64,000 nucleotides of DNA, from the NCBI GenBank assembly GCA_002084765.1, contig NBMB01000031.1, positions 3,821 through 67,820 of the forward strand, given 5' to 3'. The position numbers and the translations under genes were made by a program. This DNA comes from Candidatus Cloacimonetes bacterium 4572_55. GTDB taxonomy: Bacteria; 4572-55. How positions within the stretch are numbered: position 1 is the first letter of the stretch; each line of letters opens with the position of its first letter. Below are positions 40,360 through 49,464 of this stretch, piece by piece. The notes beneath the pieces are model-generated. The model ran no database searches and had not been told where the DNA came from. It worked only from the letters and a program-made list of their open reading frames with translations.

Positions 40360-40530
40360 TCTGAATTATTCATAACTACGAAGGCACGGAGTCCAATCCG
40401 CATTATCGCTCGTAGATTAAGAATTAATAATTAGAGTTATGTGGCATTTTTTTGCGAATGTCACTCAAAACTCTGTTATAATTTCTCTCCGTGTTTTCTG
40501 TAGCGAGTTAGTCAGATTAATTCATAATTA
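40360..40530 (-). repeat. Diverged, inverted, partial copy (copy 3) of the intergenic repeat element, upstream of pilM
   Basis: attattcataactacg...ccgcattatcgctcgtagattaagaattaataattagagttat aligns to the reverse complement of 37820-37906. It starts right after the stop at 40357-40359. Confidence 0.6.
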
Positions 40531-40575
40531 AAATGAGATCGGAACGAGTTCGAAAATTGTAACAAGGAAAATTGG

Positions 40576-41652
40576 ATGTTTGGTTCAAGTAAAACGGCTG
40601 TGGGGCTGGATATTGGTTCTCACAGTATCAAAGTGGTCGAGGTGGAACGCCGGGATAGCCGCTATCGTTTGAAAAACTACGCGATTCGGGAAATTCTACC
40701 AGAAGGTCAATCATTGGAAAGCGAAGGACCCTCCGAGAATGATGTGATCGGTGCTCTGAATGAGGCGTTTCGTGAAATAAAAGTGAAGCCGAAACGAGTC
40801 AAAAAACTGGGCTCCTCCATCGGAGGACAAGCGGTCACCGTCAAACAGATTCGGTCAATTTCATTGGCACCGGAAGAGCTGGAGTCTTCTCTGACATTCG
40901 AGGCGAGAAAGTATCTTCCTCCTGACGAAGCGGAAGCGGTTCTCGACTTTCAAGTGTTAAAAGGCGATATTTCTACTTCCCACATGGATATCTTGTTGGT
41001 CGCCAGCTCCCGCAAGGGCTTTAATCAACACATGGATCTGCTGGAAGCTGTGGGCTGTAAACCCGGTATTGTGGATGTAGACTCTCTATCCATAATAAAT
41101 TCGTATCTGCTCCTGAATTCCGTGCCGGATGAGGGAATTCTGGTCATGCTGAATATAGGCGCGAAGAAGACAAATTTGATCGTCCTGAATCCTAACGGTC
41201 TTTTTTTCACTCGAGATATTTCTTACGGCGGGAATCATTTTACAGACGACGTGCGAGTTTCAAAAGGATTGGACGCGGCGATGGCGGAAAGATCGAAGAA
41301 AGAAGAGGGGGTTTTTGCCCCTGTTTCGCAAGAGGAGACTGACGGTATCTCTTTGGGTCACGCGGGTCTCGGGCTGTCCCGCCGGACCACGCAGGAAAAT
41401 TTGGCAAATGAGGTGACTCGTTCGCTCCGTTATTATGTAAAAGAGAGCGGTCATAATGAATTTTGGAAAATTTTGTTAGCTGGTGGCTCGGCTAAAATTC
41501 CTCAACTCGATGAATTTCTCGAAGAGAAATTGCGGGTGCCGGTCGAAGTATTTGACCCGACGGTTCAGCTTGAGATGGGCCGAGGAGTCAGTCTTGATAA
41601 GGAACCCCAATTGGCTCAGGCAATCGGATTGGCGTTAAGAACTTTGCAATAG
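40576..41652 (+). CDS. pilM: Type IV pilus assembly protein PilM (actin-like ATPase fold)
   Basis: 358-aa ORF. VGLDIGSHSIKVVEV, VDVDSLSIINSY, LNIGAKKTNLIV, ILLAGGSAKIPQLDEFL. Confidence 0.9.
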   Translation: MFGSSKTAVGLDIGSHSIKVVEVERRDSRYRLKNYAIREILPEGQSLESEGPSENDVIGALNEAFREIKVKPKRVKKLGSSIGGQAVTVKQIRSISLAPEELESSLTFEARKYLPPDEAEAVLDFQVLKGDISTSHMDILLVASSRKGFNQHMDLLEAVGCKPGIVDVDSLSIINSYLLLNSVPDEGILVMLNIGAKKTNLIVLNPNGLFFTRDISYGGNHFTDDVRVSKGLDAAMAERSKKEEGVFAPVSQEETDGISLGHAGLGLSRRTTQENLANEVTRSLRYYVKESGHNEFWKILLAGGSAKIPQLDEFLEEKLRVPVEVFDPTVQLEMGRGVSLDKEPQLAQAIGLALRTLQ

Positions 41653-41664
41653 GAAATCGGTGAA

Positions 41665-42234
41665 ATGGATATTCGTTATTTTCAAATTAATCTGAATAAA
41701 TTCGAAGAACGGACCCGAGAGGTCGAAAAAAAATTACGGGAATTTATCACCCGGCTTATCGTCTTTTTATTGATATTCGGCGGATTGTTCGCGGTCATGG
41801 TCTATTATACTGCTGAGCTGGATAAAGGGATCCTTACCAGGCAGCAGAAGCTTAACCAACTCGAAAACCAGATAGCGGCTCTGCAACAAAAAGAAGATTT
41901 CGTATCCCGAGCCGACGTGCTGTCGCTTAAAGAGTTAGAAGACAAGCGCATTCTCTGGGCGTCAAAATTTTCTCACCTTACGAAATTAGTTCCGACCAAT
42001 ATGATAATCTCCAATATTTACTTTCGCAAGGGCAAATTGCGTATCGAAGGGCTCTCCAAAATCATCGAAGGAGAACGAGAGTTCGATCGAGTCGCGCTTT
42101 TTATGGATCGGATCAAATCAGATTCTTCTTTTGAAGGTGAATTGACGGACGTCCGATTCGAAGCGTCCAACCGAATAAACATAAATAATCAAAATTTGTT
42201 GGATTTCGCGATTGCCTGTTATATAAAAAGATAA
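41665..42234 (+). CDS. pilN: Type IV pilus assembly protein PilN
   Basis: 189-aa ORF. INLNKFEER, a single TM helix, a coiled coil (QQKLNQLENQIAALQQ), then a ferredoxin-like tail. Position is immediately after pilM. Confidence 0.8.
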   Translation: MDIRYFQINLNKFEERTREVEKKLREFITRLIVFLLIFGGLFAVMVYYTAELDKGILTRQQKLNQLENQIAALQQKEDFVSRADVLSLKELEDKRILWASKFSHLTKLVPTNMIISNIYFRKGKLRIEGLSKIIEGEREFDRVALFMDRIKSDSSFEGELTDVRFEASNRININNQNLLDFAIACYIKR

Positions 42235-42280
42235 GGCTTATAAAGCACTTTAGCTTACCCTTAGATTAGAAGATATATTC

Positions 42281-42675
42281 ATGAAATTTCCTTATGGAAT
42301 GAGCGATTTCTATCAGCTCATTACCTAAGACTGTCTTTATATTGACCGAACGGATCGGATACCTCTGCTTGGGGAGATCGGCAAGACGCTTCTGTGGCCT
42401 CGTCGTTTTGTGGTTCTCTCCATGCTTGAGAACTATGATGATATCGAAAAAATCCGACCTCTCGGTACAATCGTTATCTCATCATGATGATGAAATGGGA
42501 CTTCTCCCTGATCGACGCTCAGGGATCACCACACGAGACCAAAAAAGCTCTCCACCGGCATATCAACGCGCAGATAAAAGAATTCGCTGTTAAATACAAC
42601 AATATACTGGATATTGACATTGATATCGAGCCGATTGACGCGATCGCCTCATTTCAGTCGGATTTGAGCGGCTGA
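42281..42675 (+). pseudogene. Decayed remnant of an AAA-ATPase-like (PF09820-type, PD-(D/E)XK-associated) gene
   Basis: MKFPYGMSDFYQLIT*DCLYIDRTDRIPLLGEIGKTLLWPRRFVVLSMLENYDDI matches the family N-terminus (M.KFPYGISDF..LI...Y.YIDKT..I..L...GK.LLFLRPRRFGKSL.LSMLE.YYD). It carries an in-frame TAA and small deletions, and the rest is frameshifted. Confidence 0.6.
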
Positions 42676-42761
42676 TTTTGGGAAATATTTGATAATTATA
42701 GAGCTATATGATGTTATTTTTGTTATTAAGGAATTGATAAAAGGAAAAAGAGGAAAGGTCG

Positions 42762-43331
42762 ATGCAAAAAAAGACGCCAACTGAAGCGATTTTAATTTTG
42801 CTTTTACTTCTTGTCGGGATAGGTTTTTATAGCTACGATGCATTTGTTTATCAGAAAAAGATAGAACAAATTCATAAACTTGACAAAGATATTGAACGGA
42901 AAAATGAGCAGCTTATTGCCGCGCAAATTTTGGATAAGGAGCTATCGGGCGTAGCCACCTTGATTCAACAAAATTTGACGTCTCCTGATAATAGAGAGAT
43001 GATAAAAAGTTCCGCTGTCAATTTTTTGAAATTTTTGACGCACACTTTGGACGCGATGAAGATCGAGTTGTTGTCGATTCAGCCCATTGTCACATCCAAG
43101 AAGAAGAAGGGTAAATATCTGGAATCTTCTTATAGGGTCGAAATTTTTTGTAATTATAAAAAAATGGGTCAATTGGTGACCAAGATCGAAAAATCGGATC
43201 GGATCATACGGGTGGATTCTTTTGAGGTGAAGTCAAATATTGATTATCTTCAAGGAAAAAATCATTCTCGTGGAATCGAAAATCGAGTTGTTGAACTGGA
43301 GCTTACTACATTAACGCTTTTAAAATCATAG
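42762..43331 (+). CDS. pilO: Type IV pilus assembly protein PilO-like
   Basis: 189-aa ORF with an N-terminal TM helix, a coiled coil (KIEQIHKLDKDIERKNEQLIAAQ) and an alpha/beta tail. Synteny with pilN/pilQ. Confidence 0.65.
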   Translation: MQKKTPTEAILILLLLLVGIGFYSYDAFVYQKKIEQIHKLDKDIERKNEQLIAAQILDKELSGVATLIQQNLTSPDNREMIKSSAVNFLKFLTHTLDAMKIELLSIQPIVTSKKKKGKYLESSYRVEIFCNYKKMGQLVTKIEKSDRIIRVDSFEVKSNIDYLQGKNHSRGIENRVVELELTTLTLLKS

Positions 43332-43341
43332 TAGAGGAAAT

Positions 43342-43851
43342 ATGGCACAAACACGATTATTAAAAGATATTTTATTTCTTTTTACTGCCGGTCTTTTGAT
43401 TTATATGAGTATTCGGACCTATCAAGTTTATAAGGAGACAAGCAGTCCGAGTATTCAAAAAGGCGTTGTCAGTACCGGTTTGGATAACGAATTGATGGAT
43501 GCTGTAGAATCGATGGATCAGGCGTTAAGTGATCGAAAAGGCTACACTTACAGCCAAAGTAAAGATCCAATGGACGCAACGAAAATTATTATTTTTGATC
43601 TGTCTGACCTGTATGATATGGCAGAGTTGCAAGCCCGTAACAAGATTATGCGCTTAAGTTGCACGATTGTGGATGAGAATCCGAGCGCAGTTATCAAGTA
43701 TCGAGGGAAGAGCCATGTGTTGCATATAGGAGAAAAGATCGGAAATAAAACTGTGATGGAAATCACACAGAAAATGGTGCGCTTTGATAACGGGGAGATT
43801 CTTTATAATAAAAAAGCACCGACTCTGAAAGAGCTGATGTCAAACGGTTAG
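43342..43851 (+). CDS. PilP-like pilus assembly protein (position-based call)
   Basis: 169-aa ORF with a TM/anchor helix and a C-terminal beta domain (VIKYRGKSHVLHIGEKIGNKTVMEITQKMVRFDNGE). Located between pilO and the secretin. Confidence 0.45.
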   Translation: MAQTRLLKDILFLFTAGLLIYMSIRTYQVYKETSSPSIQKGVVSTGLDNELMDAVESMDQALSDRKGYTYSQSKDPMDATKIIIFDLSDLYDMAELQARNKIMRLSCTIVDENPSAVIKYRGKSHVLHIGEKIGNKTVMEITQKMVRFDNGEILYNKKAPTLKELMSNG

Positions 43852-43912
43852 ATAGGTTTTGAGTTTAGTAATTTAAGTAGAGAATTATCATAACAAAAGC
43901 GGAGTAGTTTTA

Positions 43913-45364
43913 ATGAAACGAGTCGTAATTAATATATTGATACTTTTTTTTGTTTCATTTTTTATCCAATCTGGAACGATCGGTTTTGCCCAGGATGAGA
44001 ACGGATCAAAAGAAGATAGCGTGGACGGATTGTCACAGACAATTACGCTGGATGCGGACGATGCTTTTTTGCCGTCAATTTTGACAATTCTTGCGCAAAA
44101 AAGCGGCTATAACATCGTGACAGGTCCTGGAGTCAGCGACAAGCAACGGGTGTCGATTCATCTGAAAGATACGCCTATATCCGAGGCGGTCAATTTGGTC
44201 GTGCGGGCAGCGGGTCTCTCCTATGAAGTTGTGGGAACCTCTTTTCTGGTAGGAAGTTTCGAGACCTTATCAAAGGAAGAGGTCGGATTGAATTCGCATG
44301 TGATTGAGCTGCAATTTGCCGACGCTTACGATACCCGTGAGATGCTCGAAGATCTGACGCAAAATATCCAAGTGGATCCGAGCGGCAATCGATTGATTAT
44401 ACGCACCAGTCCAAAGATTATCGACGAGGTGCGTAAAGTGGTGCGCCTGGTGGATCAGCCCTCAATGCAAATTATGCTGGATACGAGAATTATCGAAGTG
44501 TCCGGCGGAAATTTGGAGGAATACGGCATTGATTGGGAACGGCTGAATCACATCACATCTATCTGGGTTGAGACGCCCTTGGATTATGTGACCGAAGTCG
44601 ATGACAATGGCACAGTGCGCAGACGATCCCAATCCGGAACAGGACGCGATCCGGAAGATCAAGATTTCGGAGGTCAAACGCCAGAATTAGACAAACTGCC
44701 TGAAAAATATACTTTTCAGCAGCTTGATGGGTTTAGTGACATCGGTTATTTTAGTCGTCAACTGGAAGCGTTTGACATCACACTGGACTATATGCTTCAG
44801 AATAACAAGGCAAAGCTTCTGGCAAATACCTCGTTGGTCACAATGAACAACAGAGAAGCCAGTCTGCACATCGGAGAGGTGATCCCCTTTATCGTCACCA
44901 GTCAAGATGAAGTGATGATCGAACGAGAGAGGGTCGGCACGATGCTGAAAGTTACCCCGAAGGTCAATACGGATGGTTATATTACCACCACTATAGAACC
45001 AGAGGTTAGTTCCGTGATCGAGCTGATCAATGGCGAAATCCCTCGCACAAAGGTTCGCACCGCAAAGACTACAGTTATTGTAAAAGACGGACAACGGATT
45101 ATTATCGGCGGATTGATCAGCAGCCAAGAGCGGGAAACGATGAACTCCATTCCACTGTTGAGTAGAATTCCGTTTATCGGTAAATTTTTTACTCATAAGG
45201 ATTTTGAAACCCGTGAGACCGATCTGTTGATCGAAATTACTCCCCACATTTTGCATGACGGAAGAGCGGCAAAGGGCGTAAAATCGACTCTGGAGCGCGG
45301 GATGTATTATGATGAGATGAGAAAATCTCTTGATAATGAGGAAGAAAAGGAAGAATTAAAGTGA
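43913..45364 (+). CDS. pilQ: Type IV pilus secretin PilQ (short form)
   Basis: 483-aa ORF with a signal peptide. Secretin core LLANTSLVTMNNREASLHIGE..., VIVKDGQRIIIGGL and IPLLSRIPFIGKFFTHKDFETRETDLLIEITPHIL. Confidence 0.9.
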   Translation: MKRVVINILILFFVSFFIQSGTIGFAQDENGSKEDSVDGLSQTITLDADDAFLPSILTILAQKSGYNIVTGPGVSDKQRVSIHLKDTPISEAVNLVVRAAGLSYEVVGTSFLVGSFETLSKEEVGLNSHVIELQFADAYDTREMLEDLTQNIQVDPSGNRLIIRTSPKIIDEVRKVVRLVDQPSMQIMLDTRIIEVSGGNLEEYGIDWERLNHITSIWVETPLDYVTEVDDNGTVRRRSQSGTGRDPEDQDFGGQTPELDKLPEKYTFQQLDGFSDIGYFSRQLEAFDITLDYMLQNNKAKLLANTSLVTMNNREASLHIGEVIPFIVTSQDEVMIERERVGTMLKVTPKVNTDGYITTTIEPEVSSVIELINGEIPRTKVRTAKTTVIVKDGQRIIIGGLISSQERETMNSIPLLSRIPFIGKFFTHKDFETRETDLLIEITPHILHDGRAAKGVKSTLERGMYYDEMRKSLDNEEEKEELK

Positions 45365-45550
45365 GATACTCGACTTGTTTGGGGCTTACTGAAATGCATT
45401 AAGAGGTAAGGGAGGTGTTAATAAAAAAAAATAGAAAATTTTTTTCGTCTCATCATTTCCCGGCATAAATTTTTATTTCTTATCCTGCTGTTCACAGTGA
45501 TTCTAAACGTCCTAACGGGTAGTGCAATTATTTGTTTTGAATGTATTAAA

Positions 45551-45610
45551 TCCCATCAATTCCTATCAATTCCTATCAATTCCTATCAATTCCTATCAAT
45601 TCCCACTAAT
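45551..45610. repeat. 10-bp tandem repeat TCCTATCAAT (4 perfect + 2 degenerate units) immediately upstream of the RBS of the Ig-like lipoprotein gene
   Basis: tcccatcaat tcctatcaat x4 tcccactaat read directly. The AAGGAGG RBS is at 45615-45621 and the ATG at 45627. Confidence 0.9.
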
Positions 45611-45626
45611 ATATAAGGAGGGGAGC

Positions 45627-47417
45627 ATGCTTTTATCGAGAAAAAATTTTATAGTGTGGTTTCTATTTTTTACTCTTGTATTCACCGCGATTCTGACCGG
45701 ATGTAGCAAACGGGATTCTGCAGAGCAAATCTCAACGGACCCAACCGTAGGGGCCAAGGTAGACCTGTTGTCATTGACTGCGATTCCTTCGTCCGTGACG
45801 ATTGACACCGTGGGCACGTCAGGAGAAAGCGATATTGTTGTCTTAGCAAAAACAAGCGAAAATGTCGGCGTACCGAATGTGGAGGTTATTTTATCAACCG
45901 ATTTGGGTTATGTGCAGAGCTTGGTTCGCACGGACTCCACCGGTTCTGCGACAGTTAAGATCAATAACGCAGGCTCTGACGGAACAGCTACTATCAAGGC
46001 TTACACGGTGGCCGAATCCGGTGATACGCTGCGGGCGGAAACTACGGTTGAGTTTAATATCAACCAACAAGATCCGACTAACGAGATATTAAGATTGCAA
46101 GCTGAGCCTACTATCATTTTTTCTGATAACAACGAGACCACATCAACAATAAGGGTCTTGTTGACTGATCTAAACGGGGAGCCGATTCCAGACCGAACTA
46201 TTTATTTTTCTGCGGTCGGTCAAGAGACTGGCGGCGCAATCGGTTCGATCGAACAAACAGTAGAGACCAATGAAAGTGGGCGAGATTCGCTCATATTCGG
46301 CGATGGCGGCGACGAGGGCGTGGCAATGATCATCGGACGGTCCAATATGTCCTTGGAAAATTCGGCAAAGGACACGCTCTTTATTACGATTGAAGCGGTG
46401 CCTTCTGATTCTATAGCGAGTATCGAGCTGGAAGTCGATGACTTTGACATCCAAGTTAAAGGCACGGGTGGAGACGAAACAGCGACCTATATGGCATGGC
46501 TTTATGATGAGAATAACAATCTTGTCCCAGACGGAAAACAGGTCACATTCGAAATTCTCTACTCCCCGGATTCGCTTGTCTATTTTAACAGTCCGTATCT
46601 CCAAACCGTGAATTCGGCTACCGCGGGTGGAGTGGCTACCGCGCTGATTTATAGCGGAAGATCATCGGGAACAGTCCGGGTGAGAGCCACTGCGGCAAGC
46701 ATTGTAGCGGAAAATTCTCAGGTTGTGATAGGCGCGGGACCTCCGGCGATAATCAGCGTTTTTCACGACGCGGAGGGCGAGCCGATCGGCGGCGGAATGT
46801 GGCAGATCGGCGTCAGTGCTGTGGTGGACGATCAGTATGGAAATTCGGTCGCGCATGGCACCGCGGTCTTTTTTGAACTGAACCCGCCGGAGCATCCGTC
46901 AGTCATCTATCCCTTTGCCTACACAGGAAATGGGGTGGATGGCGTCTGTAGTGTCGAAGTCGATTCGACAGGCGGCATCGCATTTACCTGCTTAGAATAC
47001 TCAGCACTCCAGATGTTCTCACAAGTGGTCATTATCGCGTCAAGCGATACCGTGTCCGGGCAACTCCTGGCGACTTTGCCTTTCCAGAACCCAGAAGATG
47101 GATCGCTTTTGATGATTGTGATTCCCACGGTGATCTATTGCGGCGGAGGACAAGCCACTGCGCAAGTCACCGCGATACTACTTGATGGATACGGTTACCC
47201 GGTCAGCGGAGGAACAATCGTATTCGAGAATGCCGTGGCGGGACAGATATTAAGCAATCCAGTTGTCACGGACGAGAACGGAGAGGCCCCAACCCTGATC
47301 CGTTTTACGCAAAGCGACTTCCCAGGCGAAGCCACACAGGTAACTGCGATTGTACGATCAAAACTCCAAGGGTATGACTTGATAAGCGACGATGTAAGTA
47401 TTACTGTTTTCAAATAA
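45627..47417 (+). CDS. Lipoprotein with multiple bacterial Ig-like (Big_1/invasin-type) repeats
   Basis: Preferred start is MLLSRKNFIVWFLFFTLVFTAILTGCSK (lipobox). Repeated ...T..V.V.L.D..G.PV....V.F modules, e.g. TIRVLLTDLNGEPIPDRTIYFS and AQVTAILLDGYGYPVSGGTIVFE. The ORF-track start 45522 would translate the tandem repeat. Confidence 0.7.
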   Translation: MLLSRKNFIVWFLFFTLVFTAILTGCSKRDSAEQISTDPTVGAKVDLLSLTAIPSSVTIDTVGTSGESDIVVLAKTSENVGVPNVEVILSTDLGYVQSLVRTDSTGSATVKINNAGSDGTATIKAYTVAESGDTLRAETTVEFNINQQDPTNEILRLQAEPTIIFSDNNETTSTIRVLLTDLNGEPIPDRTIYFSAVGQETGGAIGSIEQTVETNESGRDSLIFGDGGDEGVAMIIGRSNMSLENSAKDTLFITIEAVPSDSIASIELEVDDFDIQVKGTGGDETATYMAWLYDENNNLVPDGKQVTFEILYSPDSLVYFNSPYLQTVNSATAGGVATALIYSGRSSGTVRVRATAASIVAENSQVVIGAGPPAIISVFHDAEGEPIGGGMWQIGVSAVVDDQYGNSVAHGTAVFFELNPPEHPSVIYPFAYTGNGVDGVCSVEVDSTGGIAFTCLEYSALQMFSQVVIIASSDTVSGQLLATLPFQNPEDGSLLMIVIPTVIYCGGGQATAQVTAILLDGYGYPVSGGTIVFENAVAGQILSNPVVTDENGEAPTLIRFTQSDFPGEATQVTAIVRSKLQGYDLISDDVSITVFK

Positions 47418-47432
47418 GTGGTTGTCGATGAG

Positions 47433-47475
47433 AAAGCCGCCGTCGCCAACCCTAAGCGCGGCGGCTTTTCTATTA
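47433..47475 (+). terminator. Rho-independent terminator after the pilMNOPQ-lipoprotein operon
   Basis: Stem aaagccgccg (47433-47442) pairs with cggcggcttt (47459-47468), followed by ttctatt. Confidence 0.7.
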
Positions 47476-47522
47476 TTTATCCGCAGATTTCGCAGATTTC
47501 GCAGATTTTGCAATTGATCCGC
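47471..47522 (-). repeat. Partial inverted copy (copy 4) of the repeat element core: CGCAGATTT x3
   Basis: tattatttatccgcagatttcgcagatttcgcagattttgcaattgatccgc aligns to the reverse complement of 37840-37906 (gattattc...atccgcagattacgcagattatcgcagattaagaattgat). Confidence 0.6.
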
Positions 47523-47616
47523 TAAAAAAATCATATCAAAAAAAATGTTAATGCGCCGAAAATATAAATAATTTTTTTTATTACGTAATTTCGAATCAAA
47601 TGGACCCCAAAGGAGC

Positions 47617-49341
47617 TTGAGCTTGAGTTATAATCCGCAATTTGAGAAGATCGGGACCATCCTAGTGAAGGAAGGATTGATCGATAAAAAGCAGTTGGAC
47701 GAGGGGCTGCGGGAACAGCAACAACAGCCGAATATAAGGTTAGGCGAGCTTTTAGTTGGATTGAGTCATATCGACGAAGATGCCCTTATGAAAGGGCTGG
47801 GTTTACAGAATGGTTATGACGTGGTAACCGAGAACGATCTGATTTCAATCGATCCAGATCTGCTGAAAAAAGTTCCGGAATCTTTTGCAAAGGCGCATCT
47901 TCTCATCCCGTATCGGCGTCGCGGCAAAATAATTCAGGTGGCTATGCACGACCCAGAGGATATTCTTGCCACGGATAGTCTGCACCGTCTATTTGGCGGC
48001 AAGGTGGAGATTCTGATGATCGCGGCTACGACTGTGAGAGCCGCTATCGAACGCCATTATCAGAGCATCCGCCGTTCTGGAGAAGTGGACCAAGTGTTGA
48101 GCGGATTGGATATAATCTCTGCAGGTGAAGAAGAAGGCGAAGGCGTAGATATGCGCCTTTCCCAGAAAGATATGGAAGACGCGCCGATTGTGAAGCTGGT
48201 CAATATGATTATCACAGAAGCGATCCAAACGCGATCCACGGATATTCATATCGAATCGTTGGAGGATAGGCTGAGCGTGCGCTATCGTATCGACGGCGTT
48301 TTGCAGGAGATTATGACGCCGCCAAAATCTTCTCAGATGGGTATTGTCTCCCGTGTGAAAATTCTCGCCAAGCTCAATATTGCAGAGCGACGCCTTCCCC
48401 AAGACGGGCGCTTTACCGTTAAGTTGCCCGGACGAGAAATCGACGTCCGAACCTCGATTATGCCGACTGTCAAAGGGGAAAAGGTTGTGCTGCGTCTTTT
48501 GGACAAGTCCTCTTTTACCCTGAATCTGACCAGCCTCGGATTCGAAGAAGAGATGCTGGCAATTTTTCGCAATTGGATACGTCGTCCGTATGGTATCATT
48601 ATCGTGTCGGGTCCGACTGGCTCTGGAAAATCAACCACTTTGTATGCGTCCTTGAACGAGGTCAAGTCGACTGAGGACAACATTATCACGGTTGAGGATC
48701 CGGTCGAGTATCAGTTGGACAGAATCAATCAGGTTCAGATCAACTCTGATATTGACTTGACTTTTTCCCGCGTGCTGCGGTCTGTTTTGCGCCAGGATCC
48801 GGATAAGCTACTTATCGGAGAGATTCGAGACCATGAGACAGCGGATATCGCCATCAAATTTTCGTTGACCGGTCATCTGGTTTTCACCACCTTGCACGCC
48901 AACGACGCGCCCTCCACGATCACCCGAATGTTGGACATCGGTGTGCCTCATTTTCTGGTCGCTTCCTCGCTAAATTTGGTGATGGCGCAGCGGCTGGTGC
49001 GGACTATATGCGTAAATTGTAAGGAATCTTACTCGCCCCGCGCCGATGTCTGGAGCCAACTTCTTTTAGACCCGAAGAAGTATACAGGCAATCGTCTCCA
49101 ACGAGGAAAAGGGTGCGTGCAATGCCGGAACACAGGCTACTATGGACGAACCGGTATCTTTGAGATATTGGAAGTGAACGAGCCAGTCCGCCGATTGATT
49201 TATAACAAAGCCACGCAAGACGATATTCGAGATAAGGCTCTGGAAAATGGGATGGTCAGTCTACGAAAGAGCGGAATACGGAAGATGCTGTCTGGAGCCA
49301 CATCCCCTCGTGAAGTGATGAAGACTACTATTGAGGAATAA
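47617..49341 (+). CDS. pilB: Type IV pilus assembly ATPase PilB (GspE family) with N-terminal MshEN/T2SSE_N domain
   Basis: 574-aa ORF. GPTGSGKSTTLYA, DPVEY, LLIGEIRDHETA, GHLVFTTLHAND and a tetra-Cys Zn motif CVNCKE...CVQCRNTGYYGR. Confidence 0.92.
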   Translation: MSLSYNPQFEKIGTILVKEGLIDKKQLDEGLREQQQQPNIRLGELLVGLSHIDEDALMKGLGLQNGYDVVTENDLISIDPDLLKKVPESFAKAHLLIPYRRRGKIIQVAMHDPEDILATDSLHRLFGGKVEILMIAATTVRAAIERHYQSIRRSGEVDQVLSGLDIISAGEEEGEGVDMRLSQKDMEDAPIVKLVNMIITEAIQTRSTDIHIESLEDRLSVRYRIDGVLQEIMTPPKSSQMGIVSRVKILAKLNIAERRLPQDGRFTVKLPGREIDVRTSIMPTVKGEKVVLRLLDKSSFTLNLTSLGFEEEMLAIFRNWIRRPYGIIIVSGPTGSGKSTTLYASLNEVKSTEDNIITVEDPVEYQLDRINQVQINSDIDLTFSRVLRSVLRQDPDKLLIGEIRDHETADIAIKFSLTGHLVFTTLHANDAPSTITRMLDIGVPHFLVASSLNLVMAQRLVRTICVNCKESYSPRADVWSQLLLDPKKYTGNRLQRGKGCVQCRNTGYYGRTGIFEILEVNEPVRRLIYNKATQDDIRDKALENGMVSLRKSGIRKMLSGATSPREVMKTTIEE

Positions 49342-49464
49342 CTTTTTTAATTTCCTGATAAACTAAGATAATGCCGTAACGCAAAACGTGGTTCTGCCAT
49401 GACTCACAATAGCAGTTGCGCGGATCAGGGTTCTGCGTTACATAAAAATAGTTGAGAGGACGCC

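Noticed and set aside
40442-40456. Sigma-54-like TGGCATTTTTTTGCG upstream of pilM
   Set aside because: The GG-to-GC spacing is one nucleotide short of the invariant -24/-12 geometry. It is kept only as a weak possibility.
42342-42675. ORFs 42342-42593 and 42484-42675 as real genes between pilN and pilO
   Set aside because: They overlap in different frames and have no RBS. They are better explained as out-of-frame pieces of the decayed AAA-ATPase-like gene.
45551-45610. Possible CRISPR array (also considered for 28107-28135, 34441-34473 and 47481-47507)
   Set aside because: The units are 9-11 bp and directly abutting, with no spacers. These are simple tandem repeats, and no cas genes are in the window.
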